Below are positions 1 to 9,719 of a stretch of DNA of 64,000 nucleotides, one piece after another. Origin of the DNA: Acidimicrobiales bacterium (GTDB taxonomy: Bacteria > Actinomycetota > Acidimicrobiia > Acidimicrobiales > Bog-793); the NCBI GenBank assembly GCA_050013835.1, contig JBEKEM010000005.1, positions 25,099-89,098 on the forward strand. The letters are read 5' to 3'. Numbering within the stretch: the first letter of the stretch is position 1; each line of letters begins with the position of its first letter. A model generated the notes under the pieces. The model was not told where the DNA came from. It worked only from the letters and a program-made list of their open reading frames with translations, and did not search any database. A program made the translations under genes and the position numbers.

Positions 1-51
1 CCTCGGCTGCCTGACCCGGATCCCGCCCGGCGCGGCTGTCGCCACCGTCAT
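1..51 (-). CDS. Partial CDS (5' end only), possibly the membrane permease partner of the upstream ABC ATPase
   Basis: ATG at 51-49 overlaps the ATPase stop (ATGA at 48-51). The frame stays open to the window edge (MTVATAAPGGIRVRQPR...). Only 17 codons are visible, so the product is inferred from operon logic only. Confidence 0.3.
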   Translation of the reverse strand, partial: MTVATAAPGGIRVRQPR

Positions 52-1046
52 TGGAGTCCACCCTCGTGATCGGCGCCGTCGACTCCGGCGGTCGCCTGGC
101 CCGTGTCGTTCCTCGCCGCGCCGGTGAGGGCGAAGAACACGTCGTCGAGCGACGAGCGGTGCACGATGACGTCGTCGACGGTGATCCGGGCGCCGTCGAG
201 GGCGCGCACGACGGTCGTCGCCAGGCCGTCCTCGGTGCGGACCCTGCCGCGCAGCCGGCGCCCGTCGTGGCTCACCTGCACTTCGCCGAGGACGAATGGG
301 GCGAGCGCCCCGGCGGCCCCGGGGTGCGGCTCGGTGAGCGTCACCTCGAGACGGGCCTCGCCCGTACGGGCCTTCAGCTCGGCCGAGGTGCCGTCGGCGA
401 TCACGAGTCCGCGGTTGACGACGACGATCCGGTCGGCGAGCTCGTCGGCCTCGTCGAGGTACTGCGTCGTCAGCAGCACCGTTGCGCCTTCGGCGACGAG
501 GCCGCGGATGATCTCCCACACCCGGGCCCGGCTCGTCGGGTCGAGCCCCGTGGTGGGCTCGTCGAAGAAGAGCACTGGCGGCCGGGCGACGAGGCTGGCG
601 GCGACGTCGAGGCGGCGGCGCATGCCGCCCGAGTACTCCTTCAGCATCCGGTTCGCCGCCTCGACGAGCTCGAACCGCTCGAGCAGCTGGCCGGCGCGCC
701 GACGGGCGTCGAGGCGGGCGAGCCCACTGAGGCGCGCCACCATGACGAGGTTCTGTGTGCCCGTGAGCGTCTCGTCGAGGGTCGCGTCCTGGGCGGCGAC
801 CCCGATGTTGCGGCGGACTGCCGCCGCCTGGCGCACGACGTCGAAGCCGGCGACGCGCGCCTTCCCGCCGTCGGGGATCGTGAGGGTCGTGAGGATCCGC
901 AGCGCGGTCGTCTTGCCGGCGCCGTTCGGGCCGAGGAGACCGACGATCGCCCCGCGGGGGACCGTGAAGCTGACGCCGGCGAGGGCGACCGTCGCACCGA
1001 AGCGCTTGGTGAGCCCGTCGACCTCGATCATCAGTTCGTCGTCCAT
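48..1046 (-). CDS. ABC transporter ATP-binding protein (DrrA/CcmA-like exporter ATPase)
   Basis: 332-aa ORF with Walker A GPNGAGKTT, ABC signature YSGGMRRRLDVA and Walker B VLFFDEPTTGLD. Confidence 0.9.
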   Translation of the reverse strand: MDDELMIEVDGLTKRFGATVALAGVSFTVPRGAIVGLLGPNGAGKTTALRILTTLTIPDGGKARVAGFDVVRQAAAVRRNIGVAAQDATLDETLTGTQNLVMVARLSGLARLDARRRAGQLLERFELVEAANRMLKEYSGGMRRRLDVAASLVARPPVLFFDEPTTGLDPTSRARVWEIIRGLVAEGATVLLTTQYLDEADELADRIVVVNRGLVIADGTSAELKARTGEARLEVTLTEPHPGAAGALAPFVLGEVQVSHDGRRLRGRVRTEDGLATTVVRALDGARITVDDVIVHRSSLDDVFFALTGAARNDTGQATAGVDGADHEGGLQ

Positions 1047-1081
1047 CGAGCTCCCGCCCCGCCGCCGCCTACTGACCGCAT

Positions 1082-1099
1082 GGTAAGCAGATGCTTACC
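1082..1099. promoter_or_regulatory. Candidate TetR-family operator (perfect 8-2-8 palindrome) in a divergent promoter region
   Basis: GGTAAGCA-ga-TGCTTACC lies in the spacer between the ABC ATPase and the TetR gene, upstream of a TATACT -10-like hexamer (about 1127-1132). Symmetry and position fit a TetR operator, but binding cannot be shown from sequence. Confidence 0.45.
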
Positions 1100-1153
1100 G
1101 GTCGTCAAGTAGCGGCGTATACTGCGGGCACGCACTCGTTTCCGGAGGTGTTC

Positions 1154-1879
1154 GTGAACGAGGGGACCAGCAGGACTCGCGGCCGGTACGTCGGAGTGGC
1201 GACCGAAGGGGGAGCGGCGCCGAGCACGCGGGACCGGATCCTCGAGATCGCGCTCGATCTGTTCATCGAGAAGGGCTTCGACAAGTCGTCGCTGCGCGAG
1301 ATCGCCGAGCGGCTCGGCTTCTCGAAGGCGGCGATCTACTACCACTTCGCCAGCAAAGACGACATCCTGATGGCGCTGCACATGCGCCTGCACGACATCG
1401 GCCGGCAGGCGATCGAGGGGCTGAGGCAGCTGCCGGCGGGGGCGGACTCCTGGGCGGCGCTGCTCGACGAGCTCGTCGCCGAGATGCTGGCCAACCGGAA
1501 GATCTTCGTCATGCACGATCGGAACCGCTCGGCTTTCGAGCAGCTCCACCGCCGGGAGCACGCGGGCGCGCATGAGGAGATCGAGGACGAGCTGCGGCGC
1601 GCAATCGGCGACACGTCACTGTCGTGGCGTGACCGCGTCCGGATGGCGAGCGCCGCCGGCGCGGTCTTCACGACCCTCGCCGTTTACGGCGATCTCTTGC
1701 GCGACGTCCCCAGCGACGAGCTCGGGGAGCAGCTGCGCGCGACCGTCGGCGAGCTCCTCGGGCGCGGCGCGAAGAGCCGCCGTACCGCGCCCCGCCTGCC
1801 GGCGCCCGCCGGGGGAACCGCCCGCCCGTCCCGCGCCGCGGGGCGGTCCCCGTCACCTGGCCGTCGATCCGCTAGATAG
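1154..1879 (+). CDS. TetR/AcrR family transcriptional regulator
   Basis: HTH region RDRILEIALDLFIEKGFDKSSLREIAERLGFSKAAIYYHFASKDDIL. Start set at GTG 1154 because GGAGG (1144-1148) lies 5 nt upstream. The track start at 1091 lies inside the palindrome and is less likely. Confidence 0.85.
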   Translation: MNEGTSRTRGRYVGVATEGGAAPSTRDRILEIALDLFIEKGFDKSSLREIAERLGFSKAAIYYHFASKDDILMALHMRLHDIGRQAIEGLRQLPAGADSWAALLDELVAEMLANRKIFVMHDRNRSAFEQLHRREHAGAHEEIEDELRRAIGDTSLSWRDRVRMASAAGAVFTTLAVYGDLLRDVPSDELGEQLRATVGELLGRGAKSRRTAPRLPAPAGGTARPSRAAGRSPSPGRRSAR

Positions 1880-1885
1880 ATAGGG

Positions 1886-3475
1886 ATGATGGCGACTGTG
1901 GGCGGCGCCGGCGCGTCGTTGTCCCATCCCAACTCTCGGCAGCGCTGGTGGGCGCTCACTGTTTTGTGCGTCGCGGTGCTCGTCGTCAACGTGGACAACA
2001 CCATCCTCAACGTCGCGCTGCCCACCCTCGTCGAGCGGTTGCAGGCGACGACCGACGGGTTGCAGTGGATCGTCGACGCCTACGCCATGGCGTTCGGGGG
2101 GTTACTGCTCGCCGGCGGGAGCCTCGCCGATCGCTACGGCCGCAAGCGGCTGTTTCTCCTCGGCCTCGCCGTCTTCGGCGGCGGCTCGCTCGGTGCGGCC
2201 TTCTCCGGGAGCGTCGGGCCGCTCATCGCCTGGCGGGCCGTGATGGGCGGCGGCGCGGCGATGACGATCCCGTCTGGGCTCGGGATCGTGAACGAGATGT
2301 ACCGCGACGCCGCCGAGCGGGCCCGCGCCGTTGGCGCCTGGTCCGGCACGATCGGATTGGGGATCGCCATCGGCCCGGTGGCAGGCGGGCTGCTCCTCAG
2401 CCACTTCTGGTGGGGGTCGATCTTCCTCGTCAACGTGCCCGTCGTCGTGGCCGGGATCGTCGGCACGGTGCTCCTCGTGCCAGAGTCGCGCAGCACCAGC
2501 CCGCGTCGGCCGGACCCGGCGGGCGCGGTCCTGTCGATCCTCGGCCTCGGGCTCGTCCTGTGGGCGGTCATCGAGGCGCCGGTTTTCGGGTGGCTCTCGG
2601 CCGGCGTGCTGGGGGCCGGCGCCGCCGGTCTCGTCGTCATCGTCGGATTCGCCGTCTGGGAGAGGAAAATCGACCACCCGATGCTGCCGATACGGTTCTT
2701 CCGGTCGCGGCGCTTCAGCGTCGCCGTCGCCTCGGTCGGGCTGGGGCTGTTCGCCCTGTTCGGCGGGCTGTTCATTCTGACCCAGTTCCTCCAGTTCTTC
2801 CTCGGCTACTCGCCGCTAGCCGCCGGCGTGCGGATCCTGCCGATCGCCGGGATCCTCGCCGTCGGCGCGCTGGCGTCGACGCGGATCATCAGGGCGGTGG
2901 GCACGAAGCTGACGGCGGCGGCGGCGCTGGCCTGCATCGCCGGGGGCCTGTCTCAGATCGCCGACGTCTCGACTGCCGCCGCGACCTACCCGGCCGAGCT
3001 TCCGGGGATGCTCCTCATCGGCTTCGGGGCGGGGCTCCTCGTGCCGGCAGCGATCGACTCGGTGCTCGGCGCCGTGACGCGCGCCGACGCCGGGGTCGGC
3101 TCAGCGACCAACTCGACGGCCATGCAGATCGGCGGCGCTGTCGGCGTCGCCGTGATCGGCAGCGTGCTCTCGACCCGCTACCGCCACTCGATGCAAGCGG
3201 TGATTGCCGGGCACCACGTTCCCGCCGTCGCGGCGAACGCCATCCTCGGCTCGATCGGCGGAGCGATGGAGGCCGCGCGCTTCGTCGGCGGGCCCCTCGG
3301 CATCAAGCTCTCCCTGGCGGCCCGCGACGCCTTCGCCCTCGGGAGTCGCACGGCGCTCGTCGTCGCGGCCTGCGTCACCGGGGCCGGGGTGCTGCTCGCC
3401 CTCGTCTCCCTGCCCTCCCGCCCGGTGCCCGGGACAGGGGATCGCGTCGACGACCGCGGGGCGCTGGGCCGCTAG
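1886..3475 (+). CDS. MFS transporter, DHA2 (EmrB/QacA-like, about 14 TM) drug:H+ antiporter family
   Basis: 529-aa hydrophobic ORF with LPTLVERLQATTDGLQWIVDAYAMAFGGLLLAGGSLADRYGRKR. It starts 6 nt after the TetR stop, so the two are probably co-transcribed. Confidence 0.9.
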   Translation: MMATVGGAGASLSHPNSRQRWWALTVLCVAVLVVNVDNTILNVALPTLVERLQATTDGLQWIVDAYAMAFGGLLLAGGSLADRYGRKRLFLLGLAVFGGGSLGAAFSGSVGPLIAWRAVMGGGAAMTIPSGLGIVNEMYRDAAERARAVGAWSGTIGLGIAIGPVAGGLLLSHFWWGSIFLVNVPVVVAGIVGTVLLVPESRSTSPRRPDPAGAVLSILGLGLVLWAVIEAPVFGWLSAGVLGAGAAGLVVIVGFAVWERKIDHPMLPIRFFRSRRFSVAVASVGLGLFALFGGLFILTQFLQFFLGYSPLAAGVRILPIAGILAVGALASTRIIRAVGTKLTAAAALACIAGGLSQIADVSTAAATYPAELPGMLLIGFGAGLLVPAAIDSVLGAVTRADAGVGSATNSTAMQIGGAVGVAVIGSVLSTRYRHSMQAVIAGHHVPAVAANAILGSIGGAMEAARFVGGPLGIKLSLAARDAFALGSRTALVVAACVTGAGVLLALVSLPSRPVPGTGDRVDDRGALGR

Positions 3476-3536
3476 GCCGACCGGCCCGTCACACCCGGGT
3501 TCACCGGACACCGGCGGCGCCGTCGCGGAGGCGCGA

Positions 3537-4304
3537 TCAGGATTCGCGTCGGGCCTTCGCCGCTTCGACGAGGCCTTCGAAGAGGGAGTCGTCGCCGCTC
3601 ACCTCGGGGTGCCACTGCACGCCGATGAGAAAGGCGCGGCCCGCGTCCTCGACGGCCTCGATCGTGCCGTCCTCGGCGAGGGCGACGACGTCGAGGCCCC
3701 GCCCGACCCGGGCGATCGCCTGGTGGTGGTGGCTCGGCACGTCGAGCCGGGACGGCTGGATCGCCCCGAGGCGGCTCTGGCGGCGGATTTCGACGGAGTG
3801 GGGGGCGTACTCACCGGGCGGGGTGGCGTGGCCCTCGTGGCCGACGACGTCCGGAAGGTGCTGGTGGAGCGTGCCGCCGCGGGCGACGTTCAGCACCTGG
3901 ACGCCGCGGCAGATCGCCAGGAGCGGCAAGTCGGCCTCGCCCGCCAGCCTCACGAGGGCGAGTTCGAAGTCGTCGCGCGCGACGTGCGGGCGCTGGGTGC
4001 GTGGGTGCGACAGCGCGCCGTAGTGGTCGGGGGCGACGTCGGGCCCGCCCGACAGGACGAGCCCGTCGAGGATCGCGGTGAGCGCCTCGGTACCCGTCGA
4101 CTGCGCGGGAAGGACGAGTGCCACCCCGCCGGCGCGTTCGATCGCCGAGACGTAGGCGAGCGGCACCGTGACGACCCGTCGGGCCGCCTCCCCGGCCGGG
4201 GCGTCGTCCTCGGAGGCGGTGACGCCGATGACGGGCCCCGCCCCCCGGTCGGGGGCGGTCCCGCGGCCGCCCTCGCCGTGGATGATCCTCAGTGGCCCGG
4301 CCAA
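3537..4304 (-). CDS. Class I glutamine amidotransferase / gamma-glutamyl-GABA hydrolase-like (peptidase C26) protein
   Basis: LLAICRGVQVLNVARGGTLHQHL (nucleophile Cys elbow) and GVQWHPE motifs. Confidence 0.85.
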   Translation of the reverse strand: MAGPLRIIHGEGGRGTAPDRGAGPVIGVTASEDDAPAGEAARRVVTVPLAYVSAIERAGGVALVLPAQSTGTEALTAILDGLVLSGGPDVAPDHYGALSHPRTQRPHVARDDFELALVRLAGEADLPLLAICRGVQVLNVARGGTLHQHLPDVVGHEGHATPPGEYAPHSVEIRRQSRLGAIQPSRLDVPSHHHQAIARVGRGLDVVALAEDGTIEAVEDAGRAFLIGVQWHPEVSGDDSLFEGLVEAAKARRES

Positions 4305-4492
4305 GGCGCCTCCTCGGCAATCGCAATGTGGCCCGCGTGCCCGCCGTCGAGGATACGGCCATCGCCGTCAGCCCCGCCGGATCCGGCACCGCACCCGCCG
4401 GGCGCGGCGGGACGGGCCCGGCGGAGCCAGACTGGAAGAGGCGACCCACTCGGCCCCGTGCGCCGGGCGGGACGGATCACGGGGAGGCGGAG

Positions 4493-4903
4493 ATGGCGCA
4501 CAAGGCGCACTGGAAGGACGAGCCCGAGGAGCAGGACTACCCGGCGGCGCTCAGCTACCTGAGCCTCGTCACTTCCGAGACCCGGGCGGGAACGCTCGTC
4601 GCGGCGTTGAAGGGCGCGCCCGTCGTGCGGCGCATGGCGAAGGACCTGCTGCGCGCCAGCCGACTCGAGATGCTGCCGGCCGAGAACTTCCACGTGCAAA
4701 AGGACCTGAAAAAGGTCCAGAAGGGGAGGCGGCTCTCGCCGGTCCTCCTCGTCGCCGGCGACCTTGCGACCGACACGCCGCTCACGATCGCCGACGGCTA
4801 CCACCGGATCTGCGCGAGCTACCACCTCGACGAGGACGCCGTGATCCCGTGCCGGCTCGTCGACCTCGACGCCGAGGAGGGCTCGCCGGTCCACTCGCGT
4901 TAG
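4493..4903 (+). CDS. Small ParB/sulfiredoxin-like domain protein (tentative)
   Basis: ATG 4493 is preceded by GGGGAGGCGGAG. SPVLLVAGD...LTIADGYHRICA resembles the ParB N-terminal domain DGxHR motif. No HTH domain and no parA neighbour are visible. Confidence 0.45.
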   Translation: MAHKAHWKDEPEEQDYPAALSYLSLVTSETRAGTLVAALKGAPVVRRMAKDLLRASRLEMLPAENFHVQKDLKKVQKGRRLSPVLLVAGDLATDTPLTIADGYHRICASYHLDEDAVIPCRLVDLDAEEGSPVHSR

Positions 4904-4921
4904 GCGGGGGGTCCGGCGCCG

Positions 4922-5563
4922 CTAGCCCGGCCCCTTCCTGGCCGTCCCCGCGGCCCGTCCACCGTCGCCCGGGGTGGCGGGCGCGTCGGCGGTGATGACG
5001 GCCTTCTTCCACGGGCCGACGGCGGCGGCAAGCATGCCCGAGTTGGGTACGTTGAGGAGCCCGTCGTCGGTGCGGAGGGTGACGTAGGTGAGGTTCATCC
5101 CCCGCACGACGCCGTCGAACTGGCCGCCGAGGGCGCCCGAGCGCACCCGGATGTGGTCCCCGATGCCGAACGGGTGGGCGAGCAGCAGCACCGCCCCGGC
5201 GAAGACGTTGCCGAGCACCTGCTGGGCAGCGATGCCGAGTACGACGCCTGTCAGCGCCCCACCGACGAGGAGGTGGTCGATCGGCACCGAGACGAGGCCG
5301 AGGGTCCCGAAGAGCACGATGATGCAGCCGGCGATCGAGGCGACCAGCCGGAAGACCCGCCCCGTGGCGGACTGGGTGCGAGAGCCGACGACGTCGCCGA
5401 GCCAACGGGCGAGACGGCGCGTCGTGGCGAACCCGGCTACGACGAAGACGGCGGTCGCCGTCCAGATGACGACGCGGGGTTCGACCCGGGGGGTGTGGAT
5501 CTTCCCGAAGACCGACCCCACGACCAGGGCCGCGACGGTGATGGCGCCGTAGAGGGCTGACAT
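4922..5563 (-). CDS. Small-conductance mechanosensitive channel (MscS family)
   Basis: ATG 5563 (MSALYG...). Three N-terminal TM helices are followed by [32 protein letters not shown] ... LLNVPNS. The 512-aa track ORF is a 5' extension antisense to the ADH gene. Confidence 0.8.
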   Translation of the reverse strand: MSALYGAITVAALVVGSVFGKIHTPRVEPRVVIWTATAVFVVAGFATTRRLARWLGDVVGSRTQSATGRVFRLVASIAGCIIVLFGTLGLVSVPIDHLLVGGALTGVVLGIAAQQVLGNVFAGAVLLLAHPFGIGDHIRVRSGALGGQFDGVVRGMNLTYVTLRTDDGLLNVPNSGMLAAAVGPWKKAVITADAPATPGDGGRAAGTARKGPG

Positions 5564-5797
5564 GGGGCCGCTGTGGAGGCGCGGCTCCAGCGCGGTCCCC
5601 GCCGCGGGGCGCGCGGCGCGCGCTCCCTCCCGCCGTGCCGGCCGCTCCGCCATCAGGCGGTTCCGCGACGGCGTGAGGGCCCGTGGCGGGCGGGGGGGAG
5701 TCGGTGCGGGTGGCTCACGCAAAAAGTGTTGCACCCCGAACCGTTGGCTGACCACCGCCCGATCCCCGGACGGGGCGCGGGACGCGAGACTGGTGCC

Positions 5798-6796
5798 GTG
5801 CGCGCCTGGATCGTCGACCGGCCCGGTCCCATGGAATCCGGCCCGCTGCGCCTCGTCGACCGCCCCGTCCCCGAGCCGGGGCCGGGTGAGATCCTTGTCG
5901 CGGTGGAGGCCTGCGGGGTCTGCCGTACCGACCTCCACCTCGCGGTCGGCGAGCTCCCGCCGCGGCGGCCCGGCGTCGTGCCGGGCCACGAGGTGGTCGG
6001 TACCGTCGCCGGCCGGGGCACGGGGGCGGCGCGGTTCTCGCCCGGAGAGCGCGTCGGGATCGCCTGGCTGCGGGGGACGGACGGGACGTGCGAGTTCTGC
6101 CGGCGGGGCGCGGAGAACCTCTGCCGGGAGCCGTCGTTCACCGGGTGGGACGCCGACGGCGGCTACGCCGAGTACGCCACGGTCGACGAGCGCTTCGCCT
6201 ACGCGCTCCCCACGGCCCTCGGCGGTGTCGAGGCGGCACCGCTGCTGTGCGCCGGGATCATCGGCTTCCGGGCGCTCCGACGATCCGCCCTCCCGCCGGG
6301 CGGTCGCCTCGGCATCTACGGCTTCGGCGCTTCGGCGCACCTCGCCGCTCAGGTGGCGATCTCCGAGGGGGCGACGGTCCACGTGATGACGCGCTCGGCG
6401 GGCGCGCGCCGACTCGCCCTCTCGCTCGGCGCCGCCTCCGCCCAGGGGGCCGCCGACCAACCGCCGGAGCCCCTCGACGCGGCGATCCTCTTCGCCCCGG
6501 CGGGCGAGCTCGTCCCGGTGGCGATGGCCGCGCTCGGGCGCGGGGGCACGCTCGCCGTGGCGGGGATCTATCTGAGCGCGATCCCGCCGATCGACTACGA
6601 GACCGAGCTTTTCTACGAGAAGAACCTGCGCAGCGTGACGGCGAACACGCGCGCCGACGGCGAGGAGTTCCTCGCGCTTGCCGCCGCGGCGGGAATCCGG
6701 GTCGTCGCGACGCCGTATCCGCTCTCCCGCGCCGATCAGGCGCTGGCGGACCTCGCTGCCGACCGGGTCGAGGGGGCGGCGGTCCTCGTCGTCTGA
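5798..6796 (+). CDS. Zinc-dependent medium-chain alcohol dehydrogenase
   Basis: GTG 5798. Zinc-ligand motifs [15 protein letters not shown] and [12 protein letters not shown] are present. The 75 upstream codons in the track ORF are Arg/Pro-rich and were rejected. Confidence 0.85.
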   Translation: MRAWIVDRPGPMESGPLRLVDRPVPEPGPGEILVAVEACGVCRTDLHLAVGELPPRRPGVVPGHEVVGTVAGRGTGAARFSPGERVGIAWLRGTDGTCEFCRRGAENLCREPSFTGWDADGGYAEYATVDERFAYALPTALGGVEAAPLLCAGIIGFRALRRSALPPGGRLGIYGFGASAHLAAQVAISEGATVHVMTRSAGARRLALSLGAASAQGAADQPPEPLDAAILFAPAGELVPVAMAALGRGGTLAVAGIYLSAIPPIDYETELFYEKNLRSVTANTRADGEEFLALAAAAGIRVVATPYPLSRADQALADLAADRVEGAAVLVV

Positions 6797-7091
6797 GCCA
6801 GCGCGGCCCGCCGATCACGACTTCGCCGCGCACCGGGCGACAGGGTTTGGGCGGACAGCACTCGATCTCGGCTTGAGGTCCCCTGTCGACAGGGTCTGCA
6901 CCGGAACATTGGCCCCAGGGATGCCGGGCACCGGCGCGGCGGTTCGGTTGGGACGGGTCTCCACGGCGTCCTCCGTCCTGGTCGCCGATGCGACCTCCTC
7001 TCCCCTCCGCAAGCGACTTGAACTGGAGGTTCGGCGGCACGTGGCCCGCGGCATCTTCCGCCTGGTCCAACCGCGGTAAGACCCCGGTGCC

Positions 7092-8084
7092 CTAGCGGAG
7101 CATCGACGTCGCGGCGAGCGTGACGACGGCGATGGCGTTGAAGAGCGAGTGCGTTGCCATCGACGAGCCGAGCCGTCCCGTGAGGTGGCGCACGACGCCG
7201 AACACGATGCCGCCGGCCCCGACGCTCAGGGCGAGCAGCAGCCCGGCGGTGCCGGGGTCGTTGGCGATGTGCACCGCCCCGAAAATGACCGCCGTGGCGG
7301 CGATGCCGATCCAGACTCCGAACCGCCCGACCAGCTGGCCCTGCAGGAGGCCCCGGAAGAACAGCTCTTCGAAAAGCGGCGCGCCGACGCAGGTGAGCAG
7401 AACGAGCACGGTCCAGCCGAGCGCCCCCACGTTCGTGATGTCGTAGAGCGACTTGTCGGGGTTCCCGGCCGACCGGAGCACGTGGATGAATGGGACGAGG
7501 GCGAAGGCGGCGAAACAGCGGGCCGCGAGGGCCGCGCCGAGGGCGATGGCGAGGTCGACCCAGCGGAACCGCAGGCGGAAGTCGGCCCGCACCCGGCCGG
7601 TGCCGTAGCGGTGGCTCGTGACGGCGCACGTGCCGAGGAGACCCGTCCACAGGCCCGCTTCCGACAGGAGGAGTTCGACGAGCGACCCGCCGGGATGGCC
7701 GGCCAGGAGGAACGGGAGGATGAAGGCGAACGAGAGCCCGAAGGCGAGGACCAGCCCGAAAAGCGAGAGCGAGAGCGAGCCGAACGACGCGCGCCAAGCG
7801 CCCTCGGGCAGCCGGCCGTCGTCGGTATGGTCGATCGTGACGACGTCGTGGTCGTAGGTGCGGTTGTAGACGTGCTCGGTCCAGATCTCGCCGTCCCAGT
7901 AGCGGTAGGGCTGCCGCTCGAACGGGTCGCGGTACCACCCCGGCGCGCTTCCGTTCCCGGCGTAGCGTCCGGTTGTGCGCACCCAGGGCGGGGCGGAGTC
8001 CTGCCGCGTGCCGCACTTGGTGCAGAACAGGCCCTGCGCGCGCAGGACCGCCCCGCAGCGCCGGCAGCGGCGCTCGGAAGCCAC
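7092..8084 (-). CDS. CPBP family intramembrane glutamic endopeptidase with N-terminal zinc ribbon and DUF2510-like segment
   Basis: GTG 8084 lies 2 nt after the RDD stop. CRRCG...CTKCG zinc ribbon and GWYRDPFERQPYRYWDGEIWTEHV are followed by multiple TM helices. The CPBP motifs EELFFR, FGAVH and HSLFN are all intact. Confidence 0.8.
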   Translation of the reverse strand: MASERRCRRCGAVLRAQGLFCTKCGTRQDSAPPWVRTTGRYAGNGSAPGWYRDPFERQPYRYWDGEIWTEHVYNRTYDHDVVTIDHTDDGRLPEGAWRASFGSLSLSLFGLVLAFGLSFAFILPFLLAGHPGGSLVELLLSEAGLWTGLLGTCAVTSHRYGTGRVRADFRLRFRWVDLAIALGAALAARCFAAFALVPFIHVLRSAGNPDKSLYDITNVGALGWTVLVLLTCVGAPLFEELFFRGLLQGQLVGRFGVWIGIAATAVIFGAVHIANDPGTAGLLLALSVGAGGIVFGVVRHLTGRLGSSMATHSLFNAIAVVTLAATSMLR

Positions 8085-8086
8085 CG

Positions 8087-8980
8087 TCAGTTCAGCCGGA
8101 TGACGACAGAGCGGGCAGCCTTGTCGGCGATGGACTGGTGCCTGGCGTCCCAGAGCGGGAAGAGGTCGTTGAGCAGTCCCGGGAGTACCAGCGCGGCGTA
8201 GAGGACAATCCGGATGAACCAGCGCAGGACGCCCCGCGCCAGCCCGATCGCTTCGCCCGTTTCGACGTCGCGTACCGCGATCCCCGGGGCGTGGTTCCCC
8301 GCCGTCTGACCGCTGCCGAGGCCGTTGAGGACGGAGAAGTACAGGCCGTTCAGCGCCAGGTTCCCGAGCCACAACGCGGCGAGCCCCCAACCTTGCAGGG
8401 ACTTGACCGTCTCGGTCTGGATTCCCACGATGACGTAGTGCGCGGTACCGAGGGTCCGGCTGAGGATGAGGTCGACGATGCCCAAGGGGATGCCGAGGAC
8501 GAGCATGTCGAGCAGCATCGAGCCGACGCGCGGCCACCACCGGGCGAGCGGTGCCCCGAACGGGGCGAGTGGCAGGCCCGGTGCCTGGCTGGGATAGGCG
8601 CCCCAGGCGGGAGGGGCACCGTACGCGGGGGGAGTTCCCCAGGCGGGAGGCGTGCCCCACGCAGGAGGGGCGCCGGAGGGCGGAGGCGGCGCGGGAGGAG
8701 CGGCCGGGACGGCCGAACCCCACGGCTGGGGAGGAAGTGGAGGTGGCGCGGGTGGAATCGTTGCCCCCCACGTCTGGGCGGGAGGGGGAGGAGTCGGGAT
8801 GCCCGCGGTGGGTGCGGTCGGCGATGGCGTTGCGTTGTACGGCGGGGCCTTGGTTTGCTCTTCGGGCGCCGGCGACTGATCGGCGACCGGTTGAGCGGTT
8901 TCCGCGGGCAACGGCTTGCCGCATGTCTGGCAGAAGCGATCACCGGTGCCGGCCGCGGTGCCGCAGGAAGGACAGAACAT
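8087..8980 (-). CDS. RDD family membrane protein with N-terminal zinc ribbon and long Pro-rich linker
   Basis: CPSCG...CQTCG zinc ribbon, a Pro-rich linker, then the RDD-type TM domain RWWPRVGSMLLDMLVLGIPLG... Confidence 0.8.
   Translation of the reverse strand: MFCPSCGTAAGTGDRFCQTCGKPLPAETAQPVADQSPAPEEQTKAPPYNATPSPTAPTAGIPTPPPPAQTWGATIPPAPPPLPPQPWGSAVPAAPPAPPPPSGAPPAWGTPPAWGTPPAYGAPPAWGAYPSQAPGLPLAPFGAPLARWWPRVGSMLLDMLVLGIPLGIVDLILSRTLGTAHYVIVGIQTETVKSLQGWGLAALWLGNLALNGLYFSVLNGLGSGQTAGNHAPGIAVRDVETGEAIGLARGVLRWFIRIVLYAALVLPGLLNDLFPLWDARHQSIADKAARSVVIRLN
8561..8908 (-). repeat. Coding low-complexity Pro-rich region with PPAWG(T/A) hexapeptide repeats
   Basis: Residues about 25-140 of the RDD protein include APPAWGTPPAWGTPPAYGAPPAWGAYP. 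The DNA shows repeated ccccaggcgggagg-type units. Confidence 0.7.
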
Positions 8981-9128
8981 CGGCGTCCCCCTTTCCCTCG
9001 GCCGCGTCGGCGCCGAGACGACCTGATCGGCACATTACTGACGCGACAACCAGCCGTCCCGGAGGCGGGACGACGGCAATGCCCGCGGAACCGCACCAGG
9101 TCATTCGGGCGGCGTCGTGTCGCGCGGC

Positions 9129-9716
9129 TCAGGTGGTTCCGGCCGGCCCGGTGTCGAAGGAGAAGGGCGGGTACGACTCGATGAGCGAGGCGAGGTAGCC
9201 GAGCAGGCGAGCCTGCCAGCGGACGACGCCGCGCTGGAACGTCCACAGCCCCTCGGGGTATCGCTCGCCAATGAGGATGAAGATCGTCGCGATGACCCAT
9301 ACGAACCAGCTGACGACGCCGAGCAGCGCCAGCACGAACGCGCTGGGGATCGCCTTCAGGATGCGCCAGAGCGCCGAGCCGACGGTGGGAGATCCGGACG
9401 GTGCGATCTCGAAGCGGATGACGCCGTGTCCGGCACCCGGCAGCTCATCGGTCAGGAGTGCGATGTAGGCGAGGAGGCCGACGATGAAAGCGAGCGCCTT
9501 GGTCATGCCCTCGCTGCACTCCGGGAGGTACCGCTCGCCCTTCTGGGCGATAAGGATCGCCGCCACGACCGGCAGGCCGAGGTAGATGAGCCCGAACCCG
9601 TCACCGGACCCGGCGATCCAGGACGCGAGGATCACGATCAGGATCCGCAGGAAGACGTGGGCCCGGCCCATCCTCTCGGGCCGCGCGACGTCAAACGTCA
9701 CGGGGTAGGTGGGCAC
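9129..9716 (-). CDS. DUF4389-like integral membrane protein
   Basis: 195-aa ORF with about 4 TM helices. FLRILIVILASW ... YPPFSFD matches DUF4389-type proteins as I recall them. Function unknown. Confidence 0.7.
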   Translation of the reverse strand: MPTYPVTFDVARPERMGRAHVFLRILIVILASWIAGSGDGFGLIYLGLPVVAAILIAQKGERYLPECSEGMTKALAFIVGLLAYIALLTDELPGAGHGVIRFEIAPSGSPTVGSALWRILKAIPSAFVLALLGVVSWFVWVIATIFILIGERYPEGLWTFQRGVVRWQARLLGYLASLIESYPPFSFDTGPAGTT

Positions 9717-9719
9717 AGG

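Noticed and set aside
51-1112. 353-aa and 327-aa plus-strand ORFs covering the ABC ATPase gene
   Set aside because: They are antisense or out of frame to a gene with unambiguous Walker/ABC motifs. Their Arg/Pro/Gly/Ala-rich composition is typical of high-GC shadow ORFs, and no motifs are present.
6881-6894. Perfect palindrome CCCTGTCGACAGGG in the ADH/CPBP convergent spacer
   Set aside because: It is short and has a minimal loop. It is compatible with a weak terminator or with chance, and no supporting context was found.
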